Source: Rhodocyclaceae bacterium
Lineage (GTDB): Bacteria > Pseudomonadota > Gammaproteobacteria > Burkholderiales > Rhodocyclaceae
Assembly (NCBI GenBank): GCA_026415155.1
Contig: JAOAHQ010000031.1
Span: forward strand, 5,347 to 69,346
Reading direction: 5' to 3'
DNA: 64,000 bases
Shown: positions 40,441-50,252 of the stretch, one piece after another
Numbering within the stretch: the first letter of the stretch is position 1
How the letters are laid out: every line of letters begins with the position of its first letter
Notes under the pieces: generated by a model
Seen by the model: the letters and a program-made list of their open reading frames with translations, nothing else
What the model was told of the DNA's origin: nothing
Databases searched by the model: none
Program-made: the position numbers and the translations under genes

Positions 40441-41634
40441 TCAATCGTCGGCGAGATCAGAGAGCGCCTCTTCCTCCGCCACCGGCAGCGCCTCGACGTT
40501 CTGCAGGCGCTTGGTCAGCACGCGTGTGCGCGTCTCGACCTGATCGAACTTGTTGCGCGCCTCGTCGAGCTTCTTCTTCGTCGCTTCGATCGCCGCGCCG
40601 AACTTGGCGAACTCGGTCTTCACTTGCCCGAGCACCTGCCAGACTTCGGCGGCGCGCGCCTCGATCGCCAGCGTCCGGAAGCCCAGTTGCAGGCTGTTGA
40701 GGAAGGCAGCGATCGTCGTCGGCCCGGCGACGGTCACACGCTGCTCGCGCTGCAAGGCTTCGATGAGCCCTGGGCGGCGCAGCGCCTCGGCATACAGGCC
40801 CTCGGTCGGCAGGTAGAGCACCGCGAAATCGGTCGTGTATGGCGGCTCGACGTATTTCTCGCGGATCGCTCTTGCCTCGGCCTTGAGCCTCGCCTCCAGC
40901 GCGCGCGCCGCCGCTTCGGCGCCTTCGTGGTCGGCGGTTTCCTGGGCCTCGATGAGGCGCTGGTAGTCCTCGAGCGGAAACTTCGCGTCGATCGGCAGCC
41001 ACAGCGGCGCTTCGCCCTGCCCCGGCAGGCGGATCGCGAATTCGACGCGCTCGTTCGATTGGGGGCGTGTGGCGACGTTCTTCTCGTACTGGCCGGGCGC
41101 GAGCAGCTGGCCGATCAAGGCATCGAGCTGCACCTCGCCCCAGGTGCCGCGCGTCTTGACGTTGGCGAGCACGCGCTTCAAATCGCCCACGCCGGTGGCA
41201 AGGCTCTGCATCTCGCCCAGGCCGCGCTGCACCTCCTCGAGCCGCTGCGAGACCAGCGCGAAGGATTGGCCCAGGCGCTGCTCGAGCGTGGCGTGGAGCT
41301 TTTCATCGACGGTCTGGCGCATCGCCTCGAGCTTGGCGGCGTTGTCGGCCTGGATCGCCGCGAGCTTGCGATCGACCGATTCGCGCACATTTTCGAGCGC
41401 CGCGAGCGTGCCCTGCGAGAGGCTTTGCAAGCGCGCTTCCTGCGCGCCGGCGAGCATCGCGAGCTGGCCTTCGATCTTGGCGAGCAAGGCATCTTGCACA
41501 TCCTGCCGGCGTAACAGCTCAGCGAGGAGGCTTTCTGCGCGCGCCGGCAGCCGCGCCGGGCGCAAGAGCAGCGCGACGAGCAGGGCGAGGATGACGGCGA
41601 GCGTGCCGCCGAGAAAGAGTTCGAAAGGGGTCAT
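40441..41634 (-). CDS. rmuC: DNA recombination protein RmuC
   Basis: RGTWGEVQL, PIDAKFP, YLPTEGLYAE, GPTT. Confidence 0.92.
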   Translation of the reverse strand: MTPFELFLGGTLAVILALLVALLLRPARLPARAESLLAELLRRQDVQDALLAKIEGQLAMLAGAQEARLQSLSQGTLAALENVRESVDRKLAAIQADNAAKLEAMRQTVDEKLHATLEQRLGQSFALVSQRLEEVQRGLGEMQSLATGVGDLKRVLANVKTRGTWGEVQLDALIGQLLAPGQYEKNVATRPQSNERVEFAIRLPGQGEAPLWLPIDAKFPLEDYQRLIEAQETADHEGAEAAARALEARLKAEARAIREKYVEPPYTTDFAVLYLPTEGLYAEALRRPGLIEALQREQRVTVAGPTTIAAFLNSLQLGFRTLAIEARAAEVWQVLGQVKTEFAKFGAAIEATKKKLDEARNKFDQVETRTRVLTKRLQNVEALPVAEEEALSDLADD

Positions 41635-41674
41635 GAAGAGATCGCCGCGCTCATCGGGGCGATCATGCTACAAA

Positions 41675-41697
41675 AAAGCCGGCGCCGGCGGGACGGC
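41675..41697 (-). repeat. Dispersed 23-bp motif copy (intergenic)
   Basis: AAAGCCGGCGCCGGCGGGACGGC upstream of rmuC. Confidence 0.8.
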
Positions 41698-41737
41698 AGG
41701 AACGCTTGGCCGCCCGCCGCGCAAGGAGTCAGCAGTG

Positions 41738-41944
41738 TCAAGCCGCGGGCGGCTTCCAGTATTCGAGCTTGGTGAGCATCTTGTCTTCGATCGCCGCGAC
41801 GCGCTGGCGATAGCTTTCATACCAGCTGCCGGCCGGCGGCGCGCAATACTGCGCGTAATCGAAGCCATTCTTGGCGATGTAATCCTTGAACTCCTGGTCG
41901 AGCTTGAGTTTTTCCTCGATGAGTTTGGGATCAGTGCTTTTCAT
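41738..41944 (-). CDS. Small hypothetical protein (68 aa)
   Basis: Strong SD AAGGAGGT, protein-like composition, 24 bp downstream of the bTHX gene. Confidence 0.75.
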   Translation of the reverse strand: MKSTDPKLIEEKLKLDQEFKDYIAKNGFDYAQYCAPPAGSWYESYRQRVAAIEDKMLTKLEYWKPPAA

Positions 41945-41968
41945 CGCACACCTCCTTCGGCAGAAACC

Positions 41969-42109
41969 TCAAGAACGCGCCTTGGCGCTCTCGGCAGCCG
42001 GCTTGGGCGCCGGATTGCGCTGGGGACGGTTGGTGTCATGCGAACGGCTGCGGCCATAGGTGCCGCGGAAGAGCTTGCCGCGCAAGGTGCGGCGATCGCC
42101 TTTGCCCAT
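41969..42109 (-). CDS. thx: 30S ribosomal protein bTHX (THX/bS31), 46 aa; absent from ORF track
   Basis: [22 protein letters not shown] matches Thermus THX [30 protein letters not shown]. Confidence 0.9.
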   Translation of the reverse strand: [46 protein letters not shown]

Positions 42110-42354
42110 GGTGATCTCCTTCCAATGTGGTTGGGACGAGCTGCGAATTGTATCGCCCTCAATTTTCTGGATACGGGTTTTGCGGCTCGGCCGGCCATCC
42201 CAATGCGGGCTGTCGGGCTGCTGCCGGCTTTCCAGGCATTGCGGGCCGCAAGGGGGCCGAGCGCGCTTGGCAAATTTGCCCAGATGTCGGGTTCGAAAGA
42301 AAAACGCACCCCACCATTTTTCATTTCCAGCGCGGATCGGACTATCATTGAGCC

Positions 42355-42708
42355 ATGCCCGATCCCGTCACCTCCGCCATCGTCGGTTCCGTCATCGGCT
42401 CCGTCATCGAGGGCATCCTCGCGCCGGCGCCGCAACTGCCGCCGCCGGGCATCCAGCGCCTGCTGCCGGCTGAATCGCGTTACGGTGTCATGTATCCGCC
42501 CGATCTCGCGCTCTGGACGGTGCAGATCGGCAAGACGGTCTATCCGCTCTCGCCGGGCGTGCAGGTGCGCAACGAGTTCAATTTCACGATCCTGCCCTCG
42601 ATGGTGCAACACCCTACCAAAGTGCGTTATCAGCTCGGTTTTTCGGGCGCCGTCGAGCGCATCTGGATTCTCTCGCCGCTCGAGGCGAGCCTGCCCGAGA
42701 ACCGCTAA
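42355..42708 (+). CDS. Conserved hypothetical protein
   Basis: LSPGVQVRNEFN and VERIWILS resemble a small betaproteobacterial family; clean 117-aa ORF. Confidence 0.7.
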   Translation: MPDPVTSAIVGSVIGSVIEGILAPAPQLPPPGIQRLLPAESRYGVMYPPDLALWTVQIGKTVYPLSPGVQVRNEFNFTILPSMVQHPTKVRYQLGFSGAVERIWILSPLEASLPENR

Positions 42709-42714
42709 AGCGGC

Positions 42715-42737
42715 AAAATCGGCGCTGGCAAGACGGC
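42715..42737 (-). repeat. Dispersed 23-bp motif copy (intergenic)
   Basis: AAAATCGGCGCTGGCAAGACGGC upstream of the phoH-like gene. Confidence 0.85.
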
Positions 42738-42754
42738 CTTCTCCTGCGCATCCC

Positions 42755-43696
42755 TTGAAAGTCAAGCCTCTCACGGTCAGTTTCGCCCCCCTCGACAACG
42801 AACGGCTCGCCAACCTCTGCGGCCCGCTCGACGAGAATCTGCGCCAGATCGAGCTCGCCTTCGACGTGGGCCTCGCCCGGCGCGGCGAGCACTGCCGCAT
42901 CGAGGGCCCGCCCGCCCAGGCGCGCTTGGCGGCCCAGGCCTTGCGTCATTTCTATGCGCTCGCCACGGCGCCCTTGTCGATCGACGACATCCAGCTCGGC
43001 CTCGTTGAGCTCAGGAATCAGGGACACGGCCTGGCTGCACCGGCGGGGCTCTTGACGCGCAAGGGCGATCTGCATGGGCGCACGCCGCATCAGGTCGAGT
43101 ATCTGAAGAACATCCTGGCGCACGACATCACCTTCGGCATCGGCCCGGCCGGCACCGGCAAGACCTATCTCGCGGTCGCCTGTGCGGTCGATGCCCTGGA
43201 GCGCGAGCAGGTCGCGCGCATCGTGCTGACGCGGCCAGCGGTGGAAGCCGGCGAGCGCTTAGGCTTTTTGCCTGGCGATCTTACGCAGAAGGTCGATCCC
43301 TATTTGCGGCCGCTTTACGATGCGCTCTATGACCTGATGGGCTTTGATAAGGTGGCGCGCCTGTTTGAAAAGCAGGCGATCGAGGTCGCGCCCTTGGCCT
43401 ATATGCGCGGCCGCACGCTCAATCATGCCTTCATCATCCTCGACGAGGCGCAGAACACGACGCCCGAGCAGATGAAGATGTTCTTAACGCGCATCGGCAT
43501 CGGCGCGAAGGCGGTGATCACGGGCGATGTGACGCAGGTCGATCTGCCCAAGGGCCAGCCCTCGGGCCTCGTCGAGGCGCGCCGCATCCTCGCCGGCGTG
43601 CGCGGTCTCGCCTTCACCGAATTCGATGCTTCCGACGTCGTGCGCCATCCGCTCGTCGCGCGCATCGTGGCGGCCTATGAACAGGACAAGGCCTGA
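42755..43696 (+). CDS. ybeZ: PhoH-like ATPase (YbeZ)
   Basis: [27 protein letters not shown]; TTG start inferred. Confidence 0.92.
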   Translation: MKVKPLTVSFAPLDNERLANLCGPLDENLRQIELAFDVGLARRGEHCRIEGPPAQARLAAQALRHFYALATAPLSIDDIQLGLVELRNQGHGLAAPAGLLTRKGDLHGRTPHQVEYLKNILAHDITFGIGPAGTGKTYLAVACAVDALEREQVARIVLTRPAVEAGERLGFLPGDLTQKVDPYLRPLYDALYDLMGFDKVARLFEKQAIEVAPLAYMRGRTLNHAFIILDEAQNTTPEQMKMFLTRIGIGAKAVITGDVTQVDLPKGQPSGLVEARRILAGVRGLAFTEFDASDVVRHPLVARIVAAYEQDKA

Positions 43697-44123
43697 GCTT
43701 CACTTGTGCGTTCAGTATGCCTGTGCGGGGGAGGAGCTGCCCGCGCGCGCCCAAGTGCGCCGGTGGGTGAGCGCGGCGCAGGAAAAGCCGCTTTCCGCCA
43801 CGGTGCGCTTCGTCGATCTCGCTGAAGGCCGCCAGCTCAACCGCGATTTTCGCGGCAAGGATTACGCGACGAACGTCTTGAGTTTCGTCTATGAGGAGGA
43901 TCCCGTCGTCGGTGATCTCGTCGTCTGCCTGCCGGTGGCGCGCCGCGAGGCGGCGGAACAGGGCAAGCCGCTCAAGGCGCATCTGGCGCACCTCATCGTG
44001 CATGGTATGCTCCATCTGCAAGGCTACGACCACGAAACGGGGGATGAGGATGCGGCGCGCATGGAGGCGCGCGAGCGCGAGATCCTCGCCCGCTTTGGCA
44101 TTGCCGATCCTTATCGCGATTGA
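43677..44123 (+). CDS. ybeY: rRNA maturation factor YbeY
   Basis: [17 protein letters not shown]. Confidence 0.94.
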   Translation: MNRTRPELHLCVQYACAGEELPARAQVRRWVSAAQEKPLSATVRFVDLAEGRQLNRDFRGKDYATNVLSFVYEEDPVVGDLVVCLPVARREAAEQGKPLKAHLAHLIVHGMLHLQGYDHETGDEDAARMEAREREILARFGIADPYRD

Positions 44124-44150
44124 TCCGAAACGAATGAACAGGACAGCAGG

Positions 44151-44316
44151 GAGGCGCTAGCGCGGGCGGCGATTTGTGAGCGGGCGTTGGCAGCCGTAGG
44201 CTGTGGGCGCGAATGAGGCGCCCACTTGTCCGAGGATGAGCGGGTTGTGGGCGCCCCGCGCCCAAGCCCATTGGTGCCCCCGCCCGCGAACCATGAGCCG
44301 ACCGCCCTAGCGCCTC
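44151..44316. repeat. Long imperfect palindrome (166 bp) in the ybeY-corC spacer
   Basis: Nested complementary arms GAGGCGCTAG/CTAGCGCCTC, GCGGGCG/CGCCCGC, TGGGCGCG/CGCGCCCA, GGCGCCCAC/GTGGGCGCC. Confidence 0.75.
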
Positions 44317-44356
44317 TCTGGAGCACCTTCAAGACCATCCGTTTCCAAGCAATAAC

Positions 44357-45199
44357 ATGGACCCTGCCAGTCGACCGTCGCTCTTCGAACGCCTCTCAAT
44401 GCTTTTGGCCGGCGAACCCGAAGACCGCGAACAGCTCTTGCGCATCTTAAGAAGCGCGCACGAGCGCAATCTGATGGATGCAGACGCGCTCTCGATCATC
44501 GAAGGGGCGCTGGCCGTCTCCGAGCGCGAGGTGCGCGACATCATGGTGCCGCGCGCCCAGATGGACGTGATCTCGATCCACGATCCGCCCGAGAAGTTCG
44601 TCGATTTCGTGCTCGAGACCGCCCACTCGCGTTTTCCCGTCATCGGCGAAAGCAAGGATGACGTGATCGGCATCCTGCTCGCCAAGGATCTGTTGCGTCA
44701 CTTCGCCGGCAAGGAGTTCGACCTGCGCGACAGCCTCCGGCCGGCCGTCTTCATCCCCGAATCGAAGCGCTTGAACGTTCTGCTTCGGGAATTCCGCGCC
44801 TCGCGCAACCACATGGCGATCGTCGTCGATGAATACGGCGGCGTGGCGGGGCTCGTCACGATCGAGGACGTGCTCGAGCAAATCGTCGGCGACATCGAGG
44901 ACGAATACGATTTCGACGAGGCCGCCGGCAACATCGTGCTCGACAACGCCGGCCGCTATCGCGTCAAGGCGACCACCGAGATCGCCGATTTCAACGCCGC
45001 CTTCGGCACGCATTTCTCTGACGAGAATTACGATACCGTCGGCGGGCTGGTGATCCACACGCTTGGCCGACTGCCCAAACGCAACGAGGTCGTCGTCCTC
45101 GAAGGCCTGCGCATCCAGGTCTTGCGCGCCGACAGCCGGCGCGTCTATTCGCTGCTCGTCGATCCGCAAAAGCGGCTTGCGCTCGAGCCGGAGGCATGA
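44357..45199 (+). CDS. corC: Mg/Co efflux-associated CBS protein CorC
   Basis: MVPR, HSRFPV, VVDEYGG, EDVLEQIVGDIEDEYD. Confidence 0.93.
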   Translation: MDPASRPSLFERLSMLLAGEPEDREQLLRILRSAHERNLMDADALSIIEGALAVSEREVRDIMVPRAQMDVISIHDPPEKFVDFVLETAHSRFPVIGESKDDVIGILLAKDLLRHFAGKEFDLRDSLRPAVFIPESKRLNVLLREFRASRNHMAIVVDEYGGVAGLVTIEDVLEQIVGDIEDEYDFDEAAGNIVLDNAGRYRVKATTEIADFNAAFGTHFSDENYDTVGGLVIHTLGRLPKRNEVVVLEGLRIQVLRADSRRVYSLLVDPQKRLALEPEA

Positions 45200-45209
45200 T
45201 CCGGCCACG

Positions 45210-46670
45210 ATGATGCGGGCACTCTTTGCCGCCGCGGCGCTCGGCGCGGCAAGCGTCCTGGGCTTTGCGCCGTTCGAAGTCTTCGCCCTGCCCATCTTCA
45301 CGCTCGCCTTGCTCTTCCGTCTCTGGCAGCGCGCCGCCACACCCGGCATCGCCGCGCGGCTGGGCTTTACCTGGGGGCTCGGTTTCTTCCTCGCCGGTGT
45401 TTCCTGGGTCTATGTGAGCCTGCACGAGGTCGGCGGCATGGCCGCGCCGCTCGCCGTCATCGCGACGGTGCTGTTTTGCGCCTATCTCGCGCTCTTTCCC
45501 GCGCTGGCCGGCTACCTTGCATGCCGTCTCGCCAGCGCCGACTTTCGCCAGGATGTCCTCATGTTGGCGGGAATCTGGACGCTGACGGAAGCCTTGCGCG
45601 GCGCGCTTTTCACCGGCTTTCCGTGGCTTGCCGTGGGCTATTCGGCCACGCCGCCCAATCCGCTCGCCGGCTTCGCGCCGGTGCTGGGAATTCACGGCAT
45701 GAACTTCCTCGTCGCGCTCCTCGCCGCCTTGCTCGCCCACGGCACGGCAAGCTGGGCGCGCACGGCCACGGTGCTCACCGTGATCGGCCTGCTCGCCGGC
45801 ACGGGGCAGCTTTTGCGGGGCATGGCATGGACTTCGCCCGTCGGCGCGCCGCTCATGGTCGCCCTCCTGCAAGGCAACGTGCCGCAGAGCCTCAAGTGGG
45901 AGCCCGAACGCTTGCCGCTTTCGCTCGACACCTACGCGCGGCTCGCTCAAGAGCACCCCGCCGCGCTCACCGTGCTGCCGGAAACGGCGATTCCGCTCTT
46001 CTTCGACCAGGTGCCGGATGAACTCTGGCAGACGCTCATGCGTCACGGCGATCTCTTGGTCGGCATCGCCGTGCGCCATCGGGAGGGCGGCTATGTGAAT
46101 GGCGCCGTGGCGCTAACGCAGGCAGGCGCGCAAAGCTACGCCAAGCGCCACCTCGTGCCCTTCGGCGAGTACGTGCCGCCAGGCTTCGCTTGGTTTTTCG
46201 ACCTCGTGAAGATCCCGATGTCGGACTTCTCGGCCGGCCCGCCTCGTCAGCCGCCGCTTGCCGTGGCCGGGCAGAAAATCGCGCCGAACATCTGTTACGA
46301 AGACCTCTTCGGTGTGGAGCTCCTCGAGGCGCTCCCCGAAGCGACTTTGCTCATCAACCTTTCCAACACCGCCTGGTTCGGGCGTTCGCTCGCCCAAGAC
46401 CAGCACTTGCAGATCGCCCGCCTGCGCGCCCTCGAGACCGGCCGCATGATGCTCAGGGCCACCAACACCGGCATGACCGCGGCGATCGCCCCCGATGGCC
46501 GCGTGATCGCGAGCTTGCCGCCCTTCACGACCGGCGCGCTCGTCGTCACCGTGCAAGGCTACACAGGGCTCACGCCCTACGCGCGCTGGGGCGATACGCT
46601 ATCCCTGCTGCTCGCAATTGGCGCCGTTTCGCCCGCCTGCTTGACGGCCTGGCGCCGCCGCAGCCGCTAA
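45210..46670 (+). CDS. lnt: Apolipoprotein N-acyltransferase
   Basis: TGFPW, QGNVPQ, PETA, KRHLVPFGEY, ICYE, RATNTG. Confidence 0.94.
   Translation: MMRALFAAAALGAASVLGFAPFEVFALPIFTLALLFRLWQRAATPGIAARLGFTWGLGFFLAGVSWVYVSLHEVGGMAAPLAVIATVLFCAYLALFPALAGYLACRLASADFRQDVLMLAGIWTLTEALRGALFTGFPWLAVGYSATPPNPLAGFAPVLGIHGMNFLVALLAALLAHGTASWARTATVLTVIGLLAGTGQLLRGMAWTSPVGAPLMVALLQGNVPQSLKWEPERLPLSLDTYARLAQEHPAALTVLPETAIPLFFDQVPDELWQTLMRHGDLLVGIAVRHREGGYVNGAVALTQAGAQSYAKRHLVPFGEYVPPGFAWFFDLVKIPMSDFSAGPPRQPPLAVAGQKIAPNICYEDLFGVELLEALPEATLLINLSNTAWFGRSLAQDQHLQIARLRALETGRMMLRATNTGMTAAIAPDGRVIASLPPFTTGALVVTVQGYTGLTPYARWGDTLSLLLAIGAVSPACLTAWRRRSR
45523..45545 (+). repeat. Dispersed 23-bp motif copy (consensus)
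   Basis: (AT)GCCGTCTCGCCAGCGCCGACTTT inside lnt (CRLASADF). Confidence 0.88.
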
Positions 46671-46697
46671 AATCGCGCTTTCCGCAAATTTTTTGCC

Positions 46698-47627
46698 ATG
46701 AAACCCACCTTCCAACAAATCATCCTGCGCCTGCAGGACTATTGGGATCGCCAAGGCTGCGCGCTTTTGCAACCCTATGACATGGAAGTCGGCGCCGGCA
46801 CGTCCCACACCGCCACCTTCTTGCGCGCGCTCGGCCCCGAGCCCTGGAGGGCCGCCTACGTGCAGCCCTCGCGCCGGCCGAAGGATGGCCGCTACGGCGA
46901 GAATCCAAACCGCTTGCAGCACTACTACCAATACCAGGTCGTCTTGAAGCCCGCGCCCGAGAACATCCTCGATCTCTATCTCGGCTCGTTGGAGGCGCTC
47001 GGCTTCGATCTGAAAAAGAACGACGTGCGCTTCGTCGAGGACGACTGGGAAAACCCGACGCTCGGCGCCTGGGGCTTGGGCTGGGAAGTGTGGATGAATG
47101 GCATGGAGATCACGCAATTCACCTATTTCCAGCAGGTGGGCGGGCTCGATTGCCGACCGATCACCGGCGAGATCACCTATGGCCTCGAGCGCCTCGCGAT
47201 GTATCTGCAAGGCGTCGAGAACGTCTTCGAGCTCGTCTATGCGCCGGGGCTTTCCTATGGCGACGTGTTCCATCAAAACGAGGTCGAGCAATCGGCCTAC
47301 AACTTCGAGCACAGCAACGTCGAATTCCTCCTGCAGGCCTTCGCCGCCCATGAGAGCAATGCGAAGTACCTGATGGAGCAAAAGCTCGCGCTGCCGGCCT
47401 ATGAACAAGTATTGAAGGCCGCCCACACCTTCAATCTGCTCGATGCGCGCGGCGCGATTTCCGTCACCGAGCGCGCCGCCTACATCGGCCGCATCCGGAA
47501 TCTCGCCAGGAGCGTCGCGCAAAGCTATCTTGACTCCCGTGCGCGGCTGGGCTTTCCGATGGCGCCGAAGGAGCATGCCGCCGAGGTACTGGCCAAGATG
47601 GAAAAAACGCAGGAGAAGGCGGCATGA
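46698..47627 (+). CDS. glyQ: Glycine-tRNA ligase alpha subunit
   Basis: [29 protein letters not shown]. Confidence 0.97.
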   Translation: MKPTFQQIILRLQDYWDRQGCALLQPYDMEVGAGTSHTATFLRALGPEPWRAAYVQPSRRPKDGRYGENPNRLQHYYQYQVVLKPAPENILDLYLGSLEALGFDLKKNDVRFVEDDWENPTLGAWGLGWEVWMNGMEITQFTYFQQVGGLDCRPITGEITYGLERLAMYLQGVENVFELVYAPGLSYGDVFHQNEVEQSAYNFEHSNVEFLLQAFAAHESNAKYLMEQKLALPAYEQVLKAAHTFNLLDARGAISVTERAAYIGRIRNLARSVAQSYLDSRARLGFPMAPKEHAAEVLAKMEKTQEKAA

Positions 47628-49702
47628 CGACGAACAGCCTGCTCGTGGAAATCTGCGTCGAGGAGCTGCCGCCCAAGGCGCTCAAGGCTTTGGGCGAGGC
47701 CTTTGCCGCCACGCTCGCCGAGAAGCTTAAGGCCGCCGGGCTGGCGAGCGAGACGACCATCACCCCCTATGCTTCGCCGCGGCGGCTCGCCGTGCATCTG
47801 ACGAACGTCGCCGCCAAGGCGCCCGACCGGCCGGTACGGCAAAAGCTGATGCCGGTTGCCGTCGGCCTCGATGCCGAGGGCCGGCCGACGCCCGCCTTGC
47901 TCAAGAAACTCGCCGCGCTCGGCGCCGACGAGACGGCAATTCCCAAGCTCAAGCGCCAGCAAGATGGCAAGGCGGAAGCGCTCTTCCTCGACAGCGTCGT
48001 GCCGGGCGCCACACTGCAGGCGGGCCTGCAAGCCGCCCTCGAAGCGGCGGTAGCGAGCCTGCCGATTCCGAAGGTGATGAGCTATCAGCTTCCGGATGGC
48101 TGGACGACGGTGCATTTCGTGCGCCCGGCGCACCGGCTCGTCGCCCTCCATGGCGAGGAGGTGGTGCCGGTCGCCGTGTTGGGATTGGCCGCCGGCCGTG
48201 AAACCTGGGGCCACCGCTTCGAAGCGAAGCGCCAGCCGCTCGCAATCCGCCATGCCGACAGTTACGCGCAGCAGCTTGAGGAAGAAGGCGCGGTGATCGC
48301 AAGCTTTTCCGCCCGCCGCGCCGAGATCGCGCGGCAGCTTGTAGAAGCCGCGGCACGCGAGGGGCTTAAAGTTATCGACGATGAGGCGCTGCTCGATGAG
48401 GTGACGGCGCTCGTCGAACGCCCCAATGTGCTCGTCTGCCGGTTCGATGAGGAATTTCTCGCCGTGCCGCAGGAATGCCTGATCCTGACGATGAAGGCGA
48501 ACCAGAAATACTTCCCGCTGCTCGATGCCGCTGGCAAGCTCACGAACAAGTTCCTCGTCGTCAGCAACATCCGGCCGGAGGATCCTTCGGCCGTGATCGG
48601 CGGGAATGAACGAGTGGTCAGGCCGCGGCTTGCCGATGCGAAGTTCTTCTTCGACCAGGATCGCAAGAAATCGCTGGTGGATCGCATCCCGGGCCTCGCC
48701 AAGGTCGTCTATCACAACAAGCTCGGCAGCCAGGGCGAGCGCGTCGAGCGGCTCGCGGCCTTGGCGCGCGCCATCGGCGAAAAGCTCGGCGGCGAGGCGC
48801 TGGCCAATCTCGCCGACCGCGCCGCCATGCTCGCGAAGGCGGATCTGCTTACCGGCATGGTCGGCGAATTTCCCGAGCTGCAAGGCATCATGGGGCGTTA
48901 CTACGCGCTCCACGATGGGGAGCCCGTCGAGATCGCCGACGCAATCGAGGATCACTACAAGCCGCGCTTTGCGGGCGATGCGCTGCCGCGCGGGAATGTC
49001 GGCCTCTGTGTGGCGCTTGCCGACAAGCTCGTGACGCTTGCCGATCTGTTCGGCATCGGTGAAAAGCCGACCGGCGAGAAAGACCCCTACGCCCTGCGCC
49101 GCCATGCCTTGGGCGTCATCCGCATGCTGATCGAAAAGGAGCTGCCGCTTGACCTGCCTTGGCTCTTCTCGGCCGCCAAGGTCAAGGAGGTCGCGCCGCT
49201 CGAAGACTTCCTCTACGAGCGGCTCGCCGGCAGCCTCAAGGAGCAAGGCTATTCGACGCTCGAAGTCGAGGCCGTGCTGAGCTTGAAGCCCGCGCGTTTA
49301 GGCGACATTCCAAAGCGGCTTGCCGCGGTGCGCGAATTCATGAAACTGCCCGAGGCGGCGAGCCTTTCCGCCGCCAACAAGCGCGTCGGCAACATCCTCA
49401 AGAAGGCCGAAGGCGCGGTCGCGACCGAGTGCGATGCCGCGCTCTTCCAAGAAGCGGCCGAGCGCGCGCTATTCACAGCGCTCGCTGCCGTCAAACCCCA
49501 GGCCGATGCCGCTTTCGCGGCCGGGGACTATACGGCCTCGCTGCTGGCGCTTGCGGCGCTCAAAGGCCCGGTCGATGCCTTCTTCGATCAAGTGCTCGTC
49601 AATGTCGAGGATGGCAGGCTCAGGCAAAACCGCCTGGGCCTCCTCGCGAGCCTCCATCAAGCGATGAACCGCGTCGCCGATCTCGCGAAGCTCTCCGCCT
49701 AG
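47624..49702 (+). CDS. glyS: Glycine-tRNA ligase beta subunit
   Basis: [32 protein letters not shown]. Confidence 0.96.
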   Translation: MTTNSLLVEICVEELPPKALKALGEAFAATLAEKLKAAGLASETTITPYASPRRLAVHLTNVAAKAPDRPVRQKLMPVAVGLDAEGRPTPALLKKLAALGADETAIPKLKRQQDGKAEALFLDSVVPGATLQAGLQAALEAAVASLPIPKVMSYQLPDGWTTVHFVRPAHRLVALHGEEVVPVAVLGLAAGRETWGHRFEAKRQPLAIRHADSYAQQLEEEGAVIASFSARRAEIARQLVEAAAREGLKVIDDEALLDEVTALVERPNVLVCRFDEEFLAVPQECLILTMKANQKYFPLLDAAGKLTNKFLVVSNIRPEDPSAVIGGNERVVRPRLADAKFFFDQDRKKSLVDRIPGLAKVVYHNKLGSQGERVERLAALARAIGEKLGGEALANLADRAAMLAKADLLTGMVGEFPELQGIMGRYYALHDGEPVEIADAIEDHYKPRFAGDALPRGNVGLCVALADKLVTLADLFGIGEKPTGEKDPYALRRHALGVIRMLIEKELPLDLPWLFSAAKVKEVAPLEDFLYERLAGSLKEQGYSTLEVEAVLSLKPARLGDIPKRLAAVREFMKLPEAASLSAANKRVGNILKKAEGAVATECDAALFQEAAERALFTALAAVKPQADAAFAAGDYTASLLALAALKGPVDAFFDQVLVNVEDGRLRQNRLGLLASLHQAMNRVADLAKLSA

Positions 49703-49709
49703 ACGCACC

Positions 49710-50252
49710 ATGCCCGGCAGCAAGCTCATCATCCTCGACCGCGACGGCGTCATCAACCGGGACTCCGACCTCTACATCAAGTCGCCCGACGAATGGATCC
49801 CGCTGCCCGGCAGCCTCGATGCGATCGCGCGGCTCAACCAGTGGGGCTGGCGCGTCGTTGTTTGCACCAATCAGTCGGGCATTGGCCGCGGCCTCTTTGG
49901 CATGGATACGCTGATCGCCATTCACGACAAGATGATCAAGGCGGCCGCCCACGCGGGCGGTACGATCGACGCAATCTTCTTCTGCCCGCACACCAACGCC
50001 GACAATTGCGAATGCCGCAAGCCCAAGCCGGGCATGTTGAAGGAAATCGCCGCGCGCTACAACGTCGATTTGACAGGTGTGCCGGTGGTCGGCGATTCCT
50101 TGCGCGATCTCGTCTCGGCCGCCGCCGTCGGCGCCCAGCCGATGCTGGTCTTGACCGGCAAGGGCAAGAAAACGCGCAGCGACCCCGCGCTGCCCCAAGG
50201 CACACAGATCTTCGACGATCTCGCCGCCGTGGCGAAGAAACTCACGAGCTAA
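49710..50252 (+). CDS. gmhB: D,D-heptose 1,7-bisphosphate phosphatase
   Basis: LDRDGVIN, TNQSG, CPH..CECRKPKPG. Confidence 0.93.
   Translation: MPGSKLIILDRDGVINRDSDLYIKSPDEWIPLPGSLDAIARLNQWGWRVVVCTNQSGIGRGLFGMDTLIAIHDKMIKAAAHAGGTIDAIFFCPHTNADNCECRKPKPGMLKEIAARYNVDLTGVPVVGDSLRDLVSAAAVGAQPMLVLTGKGKKTRSDPALPQGTQIFDDLAAVAKKLTS

Noticed and set aside
41069-43696. 875-aa ORF suggesting a large PhoH fusion
   Set aside because: The upstream portion overlaps rmuC, thx and other genes; open frame due to high GC. PhoH homology starts near 42755
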